Source of the DNA: Salmonella enterica subsp. enterica serovar Choleraesuis
GTDB lineage: Bacteria > Pseudomonadota > Gammaproteobacteria > Enterobacterales > Enterobacteriaceae
Direction: 5' to 3'
DNA length: 32,000 nucleotides
Assembly: GCA_022846635.1 (NCBI GenBank)
Contig: AP025685.1
Coordinates: forward strand, 4,229,304-4,261,303
The translations under genes and the position numbers were made by a program. Position 1 is the stretch's first letter. Every line of letters begins with the position of its first letter. The notes beneath the pieces were generated by a model. That model worked only from the letters and a program-made list of their open reading frames with translations. It did no database searches and was not told the origin of the DNA. This document shows, piece after piece, positions 1 through 14,418 of this stretch.

Positions 1-1497
1 ATTGAGCAGTTCAAGGTTGTGAGTGAAGCTCACAACGAAGGTACTATTGTTTCTGTAAGCGACGGTATCATCCGCATTCACGGTCTGGCTGACGTGATGC
101 AGGGGGAGATGATCTCTCTGCCGGGTAACCGTTACGCTATCGCACTTAACCTCGAGCGCGACTCTGTCGGTGCCGTAGTTATGGGCCCATATGCTGACCT
201 CGCGGAAGGCATGAAAGTTAAATGTACTGGCCGTATCCTCGAAGTTCCAGTTGGCCGTGGCCTGCTGGGGCGTGTGGTTAACACCCTGGGTGAACCAATC
301 GATGGTAAAGGCTCTCTGGACAACGATGGCTTCTCTCCTGTAGAGATGATTGCGCCAGGCGTTATCGACCGTCAGTCGGTCGACCAGCCAGTACAGACCG
401 GTTATAAGTCTGTCGATGCCATGATCCCAATCGGTCGTGGTCAGCGTGAACTTATCATCGGTGACCGTCAGACCGGTAAAACCGCACTGGCCGTTGATGC
501 CATCATCAACCAGCGCGACTCCGGTATTAAATGTATCTACGTTGCTATCGGCCAGAAAGCGTCCACCATCTCTAACGTGGTGCGTAAACTGGAAGAGCAC
601 GGCGCGCTGGCTAACACCATCGTTGTTGTAGCAACCGCTTCTGAATCCGCAGCGCTGCAATACCTGGCTCCGTATGCTGGTTGCGCTATGGGTGAATACT
701 TCCGTGACCGCGGTGAAGACGCGCTCATTATTTATGATGACCTGTCTAAACAAGCGGTTGCTTACCGTCAGATCTCCCTGCTGCTTCGTCGTCCACCGGG
801 CCGTGAAGCATTCCCAGGCGACGTATTCTACCTCCACTCCCGTCTGCTGGAGCGTGCTGCGCGTGTTAACGCCGAATACGTTGAAAACTTCACTAAAGGT
901 GAAGTTAAGGGCCAGACTGGCTCTCTGACGGCGCTGCCTATCATCGAAACTCAGGCTGGTGACGTTTCCGCGTTCGTTCCGACCAACGTAATTTCCATTA
1001 CCGATGGTCAGATCTTCCTGGAAACCAACCTGTTTAACTCAGGTATCCGTCCTGCGGTTAACCCGGGTATTTCGGTATCCCGTGTTGGTGGTGCAGCTCA
1101 GACCAAGATCATGAAGAAACTGTCCGGTGGTATCCGTACCGCTCTGGCGCAGTATCGTGAACTGGCGGCGTTCTCTCAGTTTGCATCCGACCTTGATGAT
1201 GCAACTCGCAAACAGCTGAACCACGGTCAGAAAGTGACCGAGCTTCTGAAACAGAAACAGTATGCGCCGATGTCCGTTGCGCAGCAGTCTCTGGTACTGT
1301 TTGCCGCTGAACGTGGTTACCTGGAAGATGTAGAAATCTCCAAGGTTGGCAGCTTCGAAGCCGCTCTGCTGGCTTACGCTGACCGTGACCACGCTGCCCT
1401 GATGCAAGATATCAACCAGACTGGCGGTTACAACGATGAGATCGAAGGCAAGCTGAAAGGCGTCCTCGATAACTTCAAAGCAACCCAGTCCTGGTAA
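1..1497 (+). CDS. atpA: ATP synthase F1 alpha subunit, 5' end truncated by the window edge
   Basis: The reading frame stays open back to base 1 (IEQFKVV precedes the GTG listed at 19). The translation is near-identical to E. coli AtpA as I recall it, including Walker A GDRQTGKT. It is followed by atpG/atpD/atpC in canonical order. Confidence 0.97.
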   Translation: MEQFKVVSEAHNEGTIVSVSDGIIRIHGLADVMQGEMISLPGNRYAIALNLERDSVGAVVMGPYADLAEGMKVKCTGRILEVPVGRGLLGRVVNTLGEPIDGKGSLDNDGFSPVEMIAPGVIDRQSVDQPVQTGYKSVDAMIPIGRGQRELIIGDRQTGKTALAVDAIINQRDSGIKCIYVAIGQKASTISNVVRKLEEHGALANTIVVVATASESAALQYLAPYAGCAMGEYFRDRGEDALIIYDDLSKQAVAYRQISLLLRRPPGREAFPGDVFYLHSRLLERAARVNAEYVENFTKGEVKGQTGSLTALPIIETQAGDVSAFVPTNVISITDGQIFLETNLFNSGIRPAVNPGISVSRVGGAAQTKIMKKLSGGIRTALAQYRELAAFSQFASDLDDATRKQLNHGQKVTELLKQKQYAPMSVAQQSLVLFAAERGYLEDVEISKVGSFEAALLAYADRDHAALMQDINQTGGYNDEIEGKLKGVLDNFKATQSW

Positions 1498-1501
1498 TAG
1501 C

Positions 1502-1531
1502 CTGGCGGCCCGCTTCACAGCAGGCCGCCAG
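1502..1531 (+). promoter_or_regulatory. atpA-atpG intercistronic stem-loop
   Basis: ctggcggcc (1502-1510) is the reverse complement of ggccgccag (1523-1531), with a 12-nt loop. It lies between the atpA stop and the atpG SD (gaggag). Confidence 0.4.
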
Positions 1532-1548
1532 TCTTTGAGGAGAAGCTC

Positions 1549-2412
1549 ATGGCCGGCGCAAAAGAGATACGTAGTAAGATAGCAAGCGTCCAGAACACGC
1601 AGAAGATCACTAAAGCGATGGAAATGGTCGCCGCCTCCAAGATGCGTAAATCCCAGGAACGCATGGCGGCCAGCCGTCCTTATGCAGATACCATGCGCAA
1701 AGTGATTGGTCACCTTGCTAACGGTAATCTGGAATATAAGCATCCTTACCTGGAAGAACGCGACGTTAAGCGCGTGGGCTACCTGGTAGTGTCTACCGAC
1801 CGTGGTCTGTGCGGCGGTCTGAACATTAACCTGTTCAAGAAGCTGCTGGCAGATATGAAGGTATGGAGCGATAAAGGCGTTCAGAGCGATCTGGCACTTA
1901 TCGGTTCTAAAGGCGTTTCCTTCTTCAATTCGGTAGGCGGCAACGTTGTTGCACAGGTGACCGGTATGGGGGATAACCCTTCCCTGTCCGAGCTCATCGG
2001 GCCGGTTAAAGTGATGCTGCAGGCTTATGATGAAGGCCGTCTCGACAAGCTTTACATCGTAAGTAACAAATTTATCAACACCATGTCCCAGGAGCCGACC
2101 CTCGTTCAGCTGCTGCCGCTTCCGGCATCAGATGATGGCGACCTGAAGCGTAAAGCCTGGGATTACCTGTATGAGCCAGATCCTAAGTCGCTGCTGGATA
2201 CCCTGCTGCGTCGTTATGTGGAATCTCAGGTTTATCAGGGCGTGGTGGAAAACCTGGCCTCTGAACAGGCTGCACGTATGGTGGCTATGAAAGCGGCGAC
2301 CGACAACGGCGGTAATCTGATTAAAGACCTGCAGTTGGTATACAACAAAGCTCGTCAGGCCAGCATTACTCAGGAACTCACCGAGATTGTCTCGGGGGCC
2401 GCTGCGGTTTAA
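1549..2412 (+). CDS. atpG: ATP synthase F1 gamma subunit
   Basis: 287-aa ORF. The N-terminus [34 protein letters not shown] matches E. coli AtpG from memory. A gaggag SD lies upstream, and the gene sits in operon position. Confidence 0.97.
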   Translation: MAGAKEIRSKIASVQNTQKITKAMEMVAASKMRKSQERMAASRPYADTMRKVIGHLANGNLEYKHPYLEERDVKRVGYLVVSTDRGLCGGLNINLFKKLLADMKVWSDKGVQSDLALIGSKGVSFFNSVGGNVVAQVTGMGDNPSLSELIGPVKVMLQAYDEGRLDKLYIVSNKFINTMSQEPTLVQLLPLPASDDGDLKRKAWDYLYEPDPKSLLDTLLRRYVESQVYQGVVENLASEQAARMVAMKAATDNGGNLIKDLQLVYNKARQASITQELTEIVSGAAAV

Positions 2413-2424
2413 CCAGGTTTATGA

Positions 2425-3825
<1,401 letters not shown>

Positions 3826-3844
3826 TGCCTAATCGGAGGTTGCT

Positions 3845-4264
3845 ATGGCAATGACTTACCATCTGGATGTCGTCAGCGCAGAACTGCAAATGTTCAGCGG
3901 TCTGGTCGAGAAGATCCAGGTGACCGGTAGCGAAGGTGAGCTGGGGATTTATCCTGGTCACGCCCCGCTGCTGACAGCCATTAAGCCTGGTATGATCCGC
4001 ATAGTTAAGCAGCACGGAAAAGAAGAGTTCATCTATCTTTCTGGTGGCATTCTGGAAGTGCAGCCGGGCAACGTAACCGTACTGGCAGATACCGCTATTC
4101 GCGGCCAGGATCTCGACGAAGCGCGAGCCCTGGAGTCGAAACGCAAAGCCGAAGAGCACATCCGTAGCTCTCATGGCGATGTGGACTATGCTCAGGCTTC
4201 TGCTGAGCTGTCGAAGGCTATCGCTAAACTGCGTGTTATCGAGCTGACTAAAAAAGCGATGTAA
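3845..4264 (+). CDS. atpC: ATP synthase F1 epsilon subunit
   Basis: 139 aa starting [14 protein letters not shown] ggaggt SD lies upstream. It is the last gene of the atp operon. Confidence 0.97.
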   Translation: MAMTYHLDVVSAELQMFSGLVEKIQVTGSEGELGIYPGHAPLLTAIKPGMIRIVKQHGKEEFIYLSGGILEVQPGNVTVLADTAIRGQDLDEARALESKRKAEEHIRSSHGDVDYAQASAELSKAIAKLRVIELTKKAM

Positions 4265-4282
4265 TACCGGTCTGAAATATAA

Positions 4283-4310
4283 ATGCCAGCCTCAGGGCTG
4301 GCATTTTTTT
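4283..4310 (+). terminator. Rho-independent terminator of the atp operon
   Basis: atgccagcc (4283-4291) pairs with ggctggcat (4295-4303) and is followed by T7 (4304-4310). Confidence 0.85.
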
Positions 4311-4553
4311 GCCTCTATTACGCTTTATTCAGAGCTAAAAAAAAGCTTCCCCTCCCAGTTATCATTCTTACCATTTGTTTTATATGGTTTTTTTATTTGC
4401 TGAATGGATTCATAAAACATTCTGGCTTTTCTGTGCTCATATTTAGTCGGTAAAGCAGTCGGATTAAGTACACTACATTTTGCCCTAAAAAATATGTAGC
4501 ATTCCCGCTATCAAATCGCTTTACTCTTCATACTATTTCGAGGCAGGACGCAT

Positions 4554-5927
4554 ATGTCTGACAGCGCAATGAGCGTGGTAATCCTTGCAGCCGGCAAGGG
4601 AACACGCATGTATTCCGATCTTCCCAAAGTTCTTCACACTCTTGCGGGCAAGCCAATGGTTTCCCACGTGATAGATGCTGCCACTCAACTTGGCGCTCGT
4701 CAGGTTCACCTGGTATATGGCCACGGCGGTGACTTGCTCAAACAAGCACTGCATAACGATCGCCTTAATTGGGTACTGCAGGCAGAACAGTTAGGTACCG
4801 GGCATGCGATGCAGCAGGCGGCACCTTTCTTTGGGGATGACGAAGATATTTTGATGCTTTACGGCGATGTTCCGCTGATTGGCCTCGATACCCTTAAGCG
4901 CCTGTGTGCGGCAAAGCCTGCGGGTGGCATTGGCCTGCTGACGGTGAATCTGGAAGATCCGACAGGTTATGGCCGTATCACGCGCGATAACGGCAAAGTA
5001 TCCGGGATCGTTGAACACAAAGATGCCAGCGCCGAACAGCTGACCATTACTGAAATTAACACCGGCATTCTGGTTGCCAATGGCAAAGACCTGAAACGCT
5101 GGCTGGCTCAGCTCGATAACAATAATGCTCAGGGTGAATATTACATCACCGACATTATTAGCATGGCTTACGCCGAAGGGCGTGAAATTGCCGCCGTTCA
5201 TCCGGCTCGTCTAAGTGAAGTTGAAGGCGTTAATAACCGTCTGCAGCTTTCCCGGCTGGAGCGTGTATATCAGAGCGAACAGGCAGAATCTTTACTGCTG
5301 GCGGGCGTTATGTTGCGCGATCCTGCACGTTTTGATTTACGCGGTGTCCTGAGCCACGGGCGTGATGTTGAGATAGATACTAATGTGATCATTGAAGGTC
5401 AGGTCACTTTAGGAAATAGAGTCAAAATCGGTACAGGATGCGTAATTAAAAACAGCGTGATTGGCGATGATTGCGTTATCAGCCCTTATACCGTTATTGA
5501 AGATGCAGAGCTGGCGGTTGATTGTACCGTAGGGCCATTTGCACGCTTGCGTCCAGGCAGTGAGCTGGCTGAAGGCGCTCATGTCGGCAATTTCGTTGAG
5601 ATGAAAAAGGCCCGCCTGGGTAAAGGCTCTAAAGCTGGCCATCTTAGCTATCTTGGTGATGCGGAAATTGGCGCTAACGTGAATATCGGCGCGGGAACTA
5701 TTACCTGCAACTACGATGGCGCTAACAAGTTTAAAACTGTTATTGGCGATGACGTTTTTGTTGGTTCCGATACCCAGCTGGTGGCTCCGGTTACCGTTGG
5801 TCGCGGTGTCACTATTGCTGCCGGTACTACGGTGACCAAAGATGTCGCCGATAATGGACTGGTGCTGAGCCGCGTGCCGCAGGTACATAAACCAGAATGG
5901 CAACGTTCAGTTAAGCAGAAAAAATAA
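4554..5927 (+). CDS. glmU: Bifunctional GlcNAc-1-P uridyltransferase / GlcN-1-P acetyltransferase
   Basis: 457 aa. It has the N-terminal LAAGKGTRM nucleotidyltransferase motif and a C-terminal hexapeptide-repeat (left-handed beta-helix) region. It is syntenic with glmS. Confidence 0.97.
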   Translation: MSDSAMSVVILAAGKGTRMYSDLPKVLHTLAGKPMVSHVIDAATQLGARQVHLVYGHGGDLLKQALHNDRLNWVLQAEQLGTGHAMQQAAPFFGDDEDILMLYGDVPLIGLDTLKRLCAAKPAGGIGLLTVNLEDPTGYGRITRDNGKVSGIVEHKDASAEQLTITEINTGILVANGKDLKRWLAQLDNNNAQGEYYITDIISMAYAEGREIAAVHPARLSEVEGVNNRLQLSRLERVYQSEQAESLLLAGVMLRDPARFDLRGVLSHGRDVEIDTNVIIEGQVTLGNRVKIGTGCVIKNSVIGDDCVISPYTVIEDAELAVDCTVGPFARLRPGSELAEGAHVGNFVEMKKARLGKGSKAGHLSYLGDAEIGANVNIGAGTITCNYDGANKFKTVIGDDVFVGSDTQLVAPVTVGRGVTIAAGTTVTKDVADNGLVLSRVPQVHKPEWQRSVKQKK

Positions 5928-6174
5928 TCAATCCAGATGGTTCCAGGTTCCGTCACCATTCTGGTAAGGCATATTTATTGCCGAAAACAGAAGTCATTGC
6001 CTGCACCGCGAGGTGCAGGTTGGGAAGATGGCCACTTATAAAGGCCACGCCCGTCTCTCGTAAGAGAACAAAATAATAGCCCCAACTCTCTACAAGGCTC
6101 GGGGTACCGGTAAATCCGGAACAACAGATCGACGGCAACGCAGGCGGAAACGCCTTATATGGGAATTTAAAAAT

Positions 6175-8004
6175 ATGTGTGGAATCGTAGGTGCAGTCGC
6201 CCAGCGCGACGTGGCTGAAATCCTGCTGGAAGGACTTCGTCGTCTTGAATATCGTGGTTATGACTCTGCCGGTCTGGCAGTCGTTGATGCCGGGGGACAC
6301 ATGACGCGTTTGCGTCGTCTGGGTAAAGTTCAGGTACTGGCTCAGGCCGCAGAGGAGCATCCTCTTCACGGTGGAACCGGGATTGCTCATACTCGTTGGG
6401 CAACTCATGGTGAGCCTTCTGAGACTAACGCTCATCCCCACGTATCAGGCCCGATTGTCGTTGTTCACAACGGGATTATCGAAAACTACGAGCCGCTGCG
6501 TGAGCAGATGAAGGCCCGTGGCTACGAATTCATTTCTGAAACCGATACCGAAGTTATCGCTCATCTGGTTCATTTTGAACTGAGCCAGGGAGGAACCCTG
6601 CGTGAAGCCGTGCTGCGCGTTATTCCTCAGCTGCGCGGTGCGTATGGCACGGTTATCGTTGATACCCGTAACCCGGACGTTCTGCTAGCCGCTCGCTCCG
6701 GCAGCCCGCTGGTTATCGGCCTGGGTGTGGGTGAAAACTTCATCGCTTCCGATCAGCTGGCTCTGTTGCCGGTAACCCGTAACTTTATCTTCCTGGAAGA
6801 AGGCGATATTGCCGAAGTTACCCGTCAGAAAGTGGATATTTTTGACCGTAACGGTACTGTGGTGAAGCGTGAAGCCCACGAATCTAATCTCAAATATGAT
6901 GCAGGCGAGAAAGGTATTTATCGCCACTACATGCAAAAAGAGATTTTCGAGCAGCCGGATGCCATTAAAAGCACCCTGTCTGGCCGTATCAGCCATGGCG
7001 CCGTGGATTTTAGCGAATTAGGGCCAGATGCCGATCGTCTGCTATCTGAAGTCGAACATATTCAGATCGTAGCCTGTGGTACTTCGTATAATTCCGGTTT
7101 CGTATCTCGTTACTGGTTTGAAGCGCTGGCAGGTGTGCCTTGCGATGTAGAGATTGCATCCGAGTTTCGTTATCGCAAATCAGCGGTACGCCGTAACAGT
7201 CTGATGATAACGCTGTCTCAGTCCGGTGAAACGGCAGATACTCTGGCCGCTCTGCGCCTGTCTAAAGAGCTGGGTTACCTCGGTTCTCTGGCTATCTGTA
7301 ACGTGGCAGGCTCCTCGCTGGTACGCGAATCTGACCTGGCGCTTATGACCAAAGCCGGGACTGAAATCGGCGTAGCGTCGACTAAAGCCTTCACTACTCA
7401 GCTTACCGTGTTGCTAATGCTGGTGGCGCGCGTTGCGAAGCTTAAAGGTGCTAAACCAGAGCTGGAGCACGAGATTGTTCATGCGCTACAGGCTCTGCCA
7501 AACCGCATTGAGCAGATGCTGGCTCAGGATAAACGCATTGCGGCACTGGCAGAGGATTTCACAGATAAGAACCATGCGCTGTTCCTGGGTCGTGGCGATC
7601 AGTACCCTATCGCCATGGAAGGGGCGCTGAAACTTAAAGAGATCTCCTACATTCATGCTGAAGCGTACGCCGCCGGCGAGCTGAAGCATGGCCCTCTGGC
7701 GCTTATTGATGAAGATATGCCGGTTATTGTGGTCGCGCCAAATAACGATCTGCTGGAAAAACTGAAGTCGAATATCGAAGAGGTTCGCGCTCGCGGTGGT
7801 CATCTTTATGTGTTTGCGGCAGAAGAGGCTGGCTTTACCAATACCGAAACCATGCACGTAATCCAGATGCCGCACGTAGAAGAGGTTATTGCGCCTATCT
7901 TCTACACCGTGCCGCTTCAGATGCTCTCTTATCATGTCGCGCTGATTAAAGGCACCGACGTCGATCAGCCGCGTAACCTGGCTAAATCAGTTACCGTGGA
8001 ATAA
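6175..8004 (+). CDS. glmS: Glutamine--fructose-6-phosphate aminotransferase
   Basis: 609 aa. It begins MCGIVG (Cys nucleophile after Met removal), has tandem SIS-type domains, and ends [13 protein letters not shown] as in E. coli GlmS. Confidence 0.98.
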   Translation: MCGIVGAVAQRDVAEILLEGLRRLEYRGYDSAGLAVVDAGGHMTRLRRLGKVQVLAQAAEEHPLHGGTGIAHTRWATHGEPSETNAHPHVSGPIVVVHNGIIENYEPLREQMKARGYEFISETDTEVIAHLVHFELSQGGTLREAVLRVIPQLRGAYGTVIVDTRNPDVLLAARSGSPLVIGLGVGENFIASDQLALLPVTRNFIFLEEGDIAEVTRQKVDIFDRNGTVVKREAHESNLKYDAGEKGIYRHYMQKEIFEQPDAIKSTLSGRISHGAVDFSELGPDADRLLSEVEHIQIVACGTSYNSGFVSRYWFEALAGVPCDVEIASEFRYRKSAVRRNSLMITLSQSGETADTLAALRLSKELGYLGSLAICNVAGSSLVRESDLALMTKAGTEIGVASTKAFTTQLTVLLMLVARVAKLKGAKPELEHEIVHALQALPNRIEQMLAQDKRIAALAEDFTDKNHALFLGRGDQYPIAMEGALKLKEISYIHAEAYAAGELKHGPLALIDEDMPVIVVAPNNDLLEKLKSNIEEVRARGGHLYVFAAEEAGFTNTETMHVIQMPHVEEVIAPIFYTVPLQMLSYHVALIKGTDVDQPRNLAKSVTVE

Positions 8005-8028
8005 TAGTGGTCTGACGTAATATCAACC

Positions 8029-8056
8029 AAAGGGGGCGCAAGCCCCCTTTGTTATT
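8029..8056. terminator. Bidirectional hairpin terminator between glmS and the convergent coiled-coil gene
   Basis: aaagggggc (8029-8037), gcaa loop, gcccccttt (8042-8050), then gttattt. The reverse strand also reads stem + tttggtt. Confidence 0.8.
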
Positions 8057-8068
8057 TAATAAACCCGA

Positions 8069-8512
8069 TCACTTAATTTGGCTGCTCAGGCTGTCCAGCT
8101 TGCTGTTAGCAGAATTCAGGCTGCTGCTTAGGGATTTGTTCTCGCTACTTAGCGAATCAACCTGGCGGCTTAACTCCTGGTTTTGGCGCTCCAGAGCATC
8201 CAGACGTTTATTCACATCAGACAGGCTCGAGCTGCCTTTGTTTTCCAGCTGGCTCTGCATCGAGGTCATATCGCTGCGAACCTTAGTTATCTCCTGGCTA
8301 AGGGAGTTAATATCATCGCGATTTTTTCCAATATCCTCTCCACTATAGCTGGAGGCACTAATAACATAATTCTCAGAGCCCTGGTTGGAAATTGAGGCAA
8401 GGTAAGGCCCGCTCAAGGCTACCATTCCTGAGTAAGAAACTTTTGGTTCTGCATGTGCAGATAGACTCACCAAACCGGCGCTCACAATCAGTACTGTCAT
8501 AAATTTATTCAT
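8069..8512 (-). CDS. Secreted Ser-rich coiled-coil protein with Lpp-like heptads, unknown function
   Basis: The ORF track starts it at GTG 8521. ATG 8512 (MNKFMTVLIVSAGLVSLSAHA/EP) has a ggtgag SD about 5 nt upstream and gives a canonical SPase-I signal peptide. The C-terminal approx 85 aa are heptad-like (SRQVDSLSSENKSLSSSLNSANSKLDSLSSQIK). Confidence 0.75.
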   Translation of the reverse strand: MNKFMTVLIVSAGLVSLSAHAEPKVSYSGMVALSGPYLASISNQGSENYVISASSYSGEDIGKNRDDINSLSQEITKVRSDMTSMQSQLENKGSSSLSDVNKRLDALERQNQELSRQVDSLSSENKSLSSSLNSANSKLDSLSSQIK

Positions 8513-8607
8513 TTTACTCACCGTTATTTCACAGAGGACAAAGTTAACCTACTGAAAAACAATGGAGAAAATGTGAGCGAAAAGTGGAGGATAATGCATC
8601 ATTCAGG

Positions 8608-8647
8608 CTGTCACAAAAATGTCATATTTCATACATCCAGGTGTCAC
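8608..8647 (+). promoter_or_regulatory. Tandem Pho boxes (PhoB binding sites) of the pstS promoter
   Basis: ctgtcacaaaaatgtcat (8608-8625) fits CTGTCAT-N4-CTGTCAT. The second box, catacatccaggtgtcac (8630-8647), aligns base-for-base in spacing with the E. coli pstS promoter as I recall it. A candidate -10, tattgt, lies at 8658-8663. Confidence 0.8.
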
Positions 8648-8713
8648 TAAACTGACCTATTGTTAATCCTGTAGGCAAAACAACCGATTAAGTTTACCTC
8701 CGCAGGAGACATT

Positions 8714-9754
8714 ATGAACGTTATGCGTACCACCGTCGCCACAGTTGTTACCGCGACGCTCGCTATGAGTGCCTTCTCCGTCAGCGCTGCCGCCAGCCTG
8801 ACTGGTGCGGGAGCAACCTTTCCGGCTCCGGTGTATGCCAAATGGGCAGACTCCTACCAGAAAGCCACCGGCAATAAAGTTAACTACCAGGGCATTGGTT
8901 CTTCTGGCGGCGTGAAGCAGATAACGGCAAACACCGTTGATTTTGGTGCATCGGATGCTCCTCTTAATGATGAAAAACTTTCTCAGGAAGGTTTATTCCA
9001 GTTCCCAACCGTTATTGGCGGCGTAGTGCTGGCGGTAAACGTTCAGGGCCTGAAATCTGGGGAACTGGTACTGGATGGCAAAACGCTGGGTGATATCTAC
9101 CTTGGCAAAATTAAGAAGTGGGATGATCCTGCGATTGCCAAACTCAACCCAGGCGTGAAGCTGCCGCAGCAAAATATTGCGGTCGTGCGCCGCGCCGATG
9201 GTTCCGGTACTTCTTATGTCTTCACCAGCTATCTGGCGAAAGTTAATCCGGAATGGAAATCCAGCGTCGGTACCGGCTCCACGGTTAAATGGCCAACCGG
9301 CCTTGGCGGTAAAGGCAACGATGGCGTAGCCGCTTTTGTTCAGCGCCTGCCGGGTGCCATTGGCTATGTAGAATATGCCTACGCCAAGCAAAACAACCTT
9401 ACCTATACCAAACTGGTTTCTGCCGATGGCAAGCCGGTAGCACCATCTGAAGAGAGCTTCTCAAACTCTGCCAAAGGTGCTGACTGGAGCAAAAGCTTTG
9501 CTCAGGATCTGACAAACCAGAAAGGTGATGATGTGTGGCCAATTTCGTCTACCACTTTCATCCTGGTACACCAGAAATATGCTAAAGCGGAGCAGGGCAG
9601 CGAAGTGCTGAAATTCTTCGACTGGGCTTATAAGAATGGCTCTGCTGAAGCTACGGCGCTGGATTACGCTCCGCTGCCGGATAGCGTTGTTGAGCAGGTG
9701 CGCGCGGCCTGGAAGACCAGCGTAAAAGACGCTAACGGAAAAGCGTTGTACTAA
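8714..9754 (+). CDS. pstS: Periplasmic phosphate-binding protein
   Basis: 346 aa with a signal peptide, then [19 protein letters not shown], near-identical to E. coli PstS. The SD is caggaga. Confidence 0.98.
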   Translation: MNVMRTTVATVVTATLAMSAFSVSAAASLTGAGATFPAPVYAKWADSYQKATGNKVNYQGIGSSGGVKQITANTVDFGASDAPLNDEKLSQEGLFQFPTVIGGVVLAVNVQGLKSGELVLDGKTLGDIYLGKIKKWDDPAIAKLNPGVKLPQQNIAVVRRADGSGTSYVFTSYLAKVNPEWKSSVGTGSTVKWPTGLGGKGNDGVAAFVQRLPGAIGYVEYAYAKQNNLTYTKLVSADGKPVAPSEESFSNSAKGADWSKSFAQDLTNQKGDDVWPISSTTFILVHQKYAKAEQGSEVLKFFDWAYKNGSAEATALDYAPLPDSVVEQVRAAWKTSVKDANGKALY

Positions 9755-9763
9755 TTAGCCTTA

Positions 9764-9787
9764 GCTCTGCGCCTTACGGCGCAGAGC
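9764..9787 (+). promoter_or_regulatory. pstS-pstC intercistronic stem-loop (mRNA stabiliser/attenuator candidate)
   Basis: gctctgcgcc (9764-9773), ttac loop, ggcgcagagc (9778-9787): a perfect 10-bp GC-rich stem right after the pstS stop. Confidence 0.5.
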
Positions 9788-9804
9788 GCTATCAGTAAGA
9801 GTGA

Positions 9805-11657
<1,853 letters not shown>

Positions 11658-11675
11658 TGACACGGCGTCGCATAG

Positions 11676-12479
<804 letters not shown>

Positions 12480-12544
12480 TACGCCTTTGCTGATTTGGCT
12501 CGCGACGCCTGGGCGTCGTCATAGCAGGCCATGTGGAGATAAAG

Positions 12545-13270
12545 ATGGACAACCTTAACCTCAATAAACATATTTCCGGCCAGTTTAATGCCGAGCTGGA
12601 GCACATCCGCACTCAGGTGATGACCATGGGCGGGCTGGTGGAGCAGCAGCTCTCTGACGCGATTACCGCCATGCATAATCAGGACGGCGAACTGGCCCAG
12701 CGGGTTATCGATGGCGATAAAAAAGTGAATATGATGGAGGTGGAGATTGACGAGGCGTGCGTTCGTATCATCGCCAAACGTCAGCCTACCGCCAGCGATT
12801 TGCGCCTGGTGATGGCGATTATCAAAACCATCAGTGAGCTGGAACGCATCGGCGATGTCGCGGATAAAATCTGCCGCACGGCGCTGGAGAAGTTCTCTCA
12901 GCAGCATCAGCCGCTGCTCGTTAGCCTGGAATCACTGGGCCGTCATACTGTGCAGATGCTGCATGATGTTCTGGATGCCTTCGCGCGTATGGATCTTGAT
13001 GAGGCAGTGCGGATTTATCGAGAAGATAAGAAGGTCGATCAGGAATATGAAGGGATCGTCCGTCAGTTAATGACATACATGATGGAAGATACTCGCACCA
13101 TTCCAAGCGTACTGACAGCGCTGTTCTGCGCCCGCTCTATCGAGCGTATCGGTGACCGCTGCCAAAACATCTGCGAATTTATCTTCTACTTTGTTAAAGG
13201 ACAGGACTTCCGCCACGTAGGCGGCGATGAGCTGGATAAGCTGCTGGCCGGTCGTGACCCTAAAGATTAA
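12545..13270 (+). CDS. phoU: Phosphate signalling regulator PhoU
   Basis: [25 protein letters not shown] matches the E. coli PhoU N-terminus. GGAG lies 6 nt upstream of ATG 12545. The track start GTG 12533 would add 4 aa. Confidence 0.95.
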   Translation: MDNLNLNKHISGQFNAELEHIRTQVMTMGGLVEQQLSDAITAMHNQDGELAQRVIDGDKKVNMMEVEIDEACVRIIAKRQPTASDLRLVMAIIKTISELERIGDVADKICRTALEKFSQQHQPLLVSLESLGRHTVQMLHDVLDAFARMDLDEAVRIYREDKKVDQEYEGIVRQLMTYMMEDTRTIPSVLTALFCARSIERIGDRCQNICEFIFYFVKGQDFRHVGGDELDKLLAGRDPKD

Positions 13271-13278
13271 GTTTCGCT

Positions 13279-14418
13279 TTAATGTTCAAAGGATTGCGCG
13301 CTAAGCTGGCGCGCATCTTCCGCTCTGGCCGATAGCGCCAGCGCATCGAAGCTTTCCGCACTGTAACAGCCATCAGGTTTAGGCAGGCGCGCCATATGAT
13401 TTCCCACACACAGCTTCAGCCGGGCCAGATCGGTGAACTTTCTGCCATAAAGCTCGTGAGGTAATGTCAGGCGCAGCGGCGACAGTGTTTCTCCCGGTAC
13501 CGGGGTCGGTAATCGGTCATCATTTGTTTGATAGTTACGTTTCAATACCAGAAATTTATCCGGCACCGCCCGATGGCTATCCCACCAGCGGCCATCCAGC
13601 ATATCGAGCTGAAAGCGGGTCAATGCTGCGGGTACCCCACCAAGCCTGACAAGCGCTTCGGGAATGATGCGGGTCATGGCGATGTTGTAATCGGTCGTTG
13701 AGGCTCCATGGCCGTCGAGCAGCAGGCTCACTGCAAGCCGAACGCCCAGCAGATTTGAGTACAGATCCTCAGGGGAAAAGGCGGATATATCTTCAGGGAA
13801 CTCAGGCACCGAATGGTAGCCATACCACTGGGCTATTTCATGCCATGCCGCCAGCTGAAATGCCAGCCACCCGGCGAGCCAGGCATCCAGGGTATAAGCT
13901 TCGGCTGCGTTTTCCGGCGCGGTAAAATCATTGGTAACTACTTCACGGTGCGTCAGTTCATCACTGAGCGTCAGAGCAAATCTCTGGCCGCGGTGAGCAC
14001 GCAGATGACTGAACAGATAAAAGGTCATATCCGCACTATCGCGCACGTGGGCAATATCGATAAATCCACCGCGCCGGGTATAGATAATGCCGTCGTTTTC
14101 ACGACTCAAGCCACTCAGATTAAGCAATGCACCCAGCAGACGGTCGTTATATTCGTGCTCCCCAAGATTCCCCTCCTCAACAATGTTATTCAGCCGATAC
14201 AGAGGTACAGGAATCCCCAGAAGTTTGGCTCGCAGGTTATAACCAAACGCACAGCAGGGACGTAATCCATCCGGGGATGGAAGGGGAGCTGTGACTGGCC
14301 AGGCTCTGGTAGCCTGCTTCTCTGACTGAGTGCTTAGGTCTACCGGAACCGGCAGCGCCCATGCAGTGTTAAGCATGAAGGCTAATATTGCTGCTGCAAA
14401 CTTCCCGACTGTCGTCAA
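13279..14418 (-). CDS. Exported 379-aa protein of unknown function (third gene of the envelope operon)
   Basis: Signal peptide MTTVGKFAAAILAFMLNTAWA/LP. The TTG start has GGAG 7 nt upstream and overlaps the upstream stop (TTGA). There are no TM segments after the signal peptide, four Cys residues, and motifs GGFIDIAHVRD and WHEIAQWYGYH. Confidence 0.8.
   Translation of the reverse strand: MTTVGKFAAAILAFMLNTAWALPVPVDLSTQSEKQATRAWPVTAPLPSPDGLRPCCAFGYNLRAKLLGIPVPLYRLNNIVEEGNLGEHEYNDRLLGALLNLSGLSRENDGIIYTRRGGFIDIAHVRDSADMTFYLFSHLRAHRGQRFALTLSDELTHREVVTNDFTAPENAAEAYTLDAWLAGWLAFQLAAWHEIAQWYGYHSVPEFPEDISAFSPEDLYSNLLGVRLAVSLLLDGHGASTTDYNIAMTRIIPEALVRLGGVPAALTRFQLDMLDGRWWDSHRAVPDKFLVLKRNYQTNDDRLPTPVPGETLSPLRLTLPHELYGRKFTDLARLKLCVGNHMARLPKPDGCYSAESFDALALSARAEDARQLSAQSFEH

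Noticed and set aside
7950-8713. Possible Tn7-like element or island at attTn7 (glmS 3' end / terminator)
   Set aside because: The glmS C-terminus and terminator are intact. I saw no Tn7-end-like TGTGGG... repeats, no tns genes and no target duplication. The only cargo is one small coiled-coil gene, so the site looks unoccupied by a transposon.
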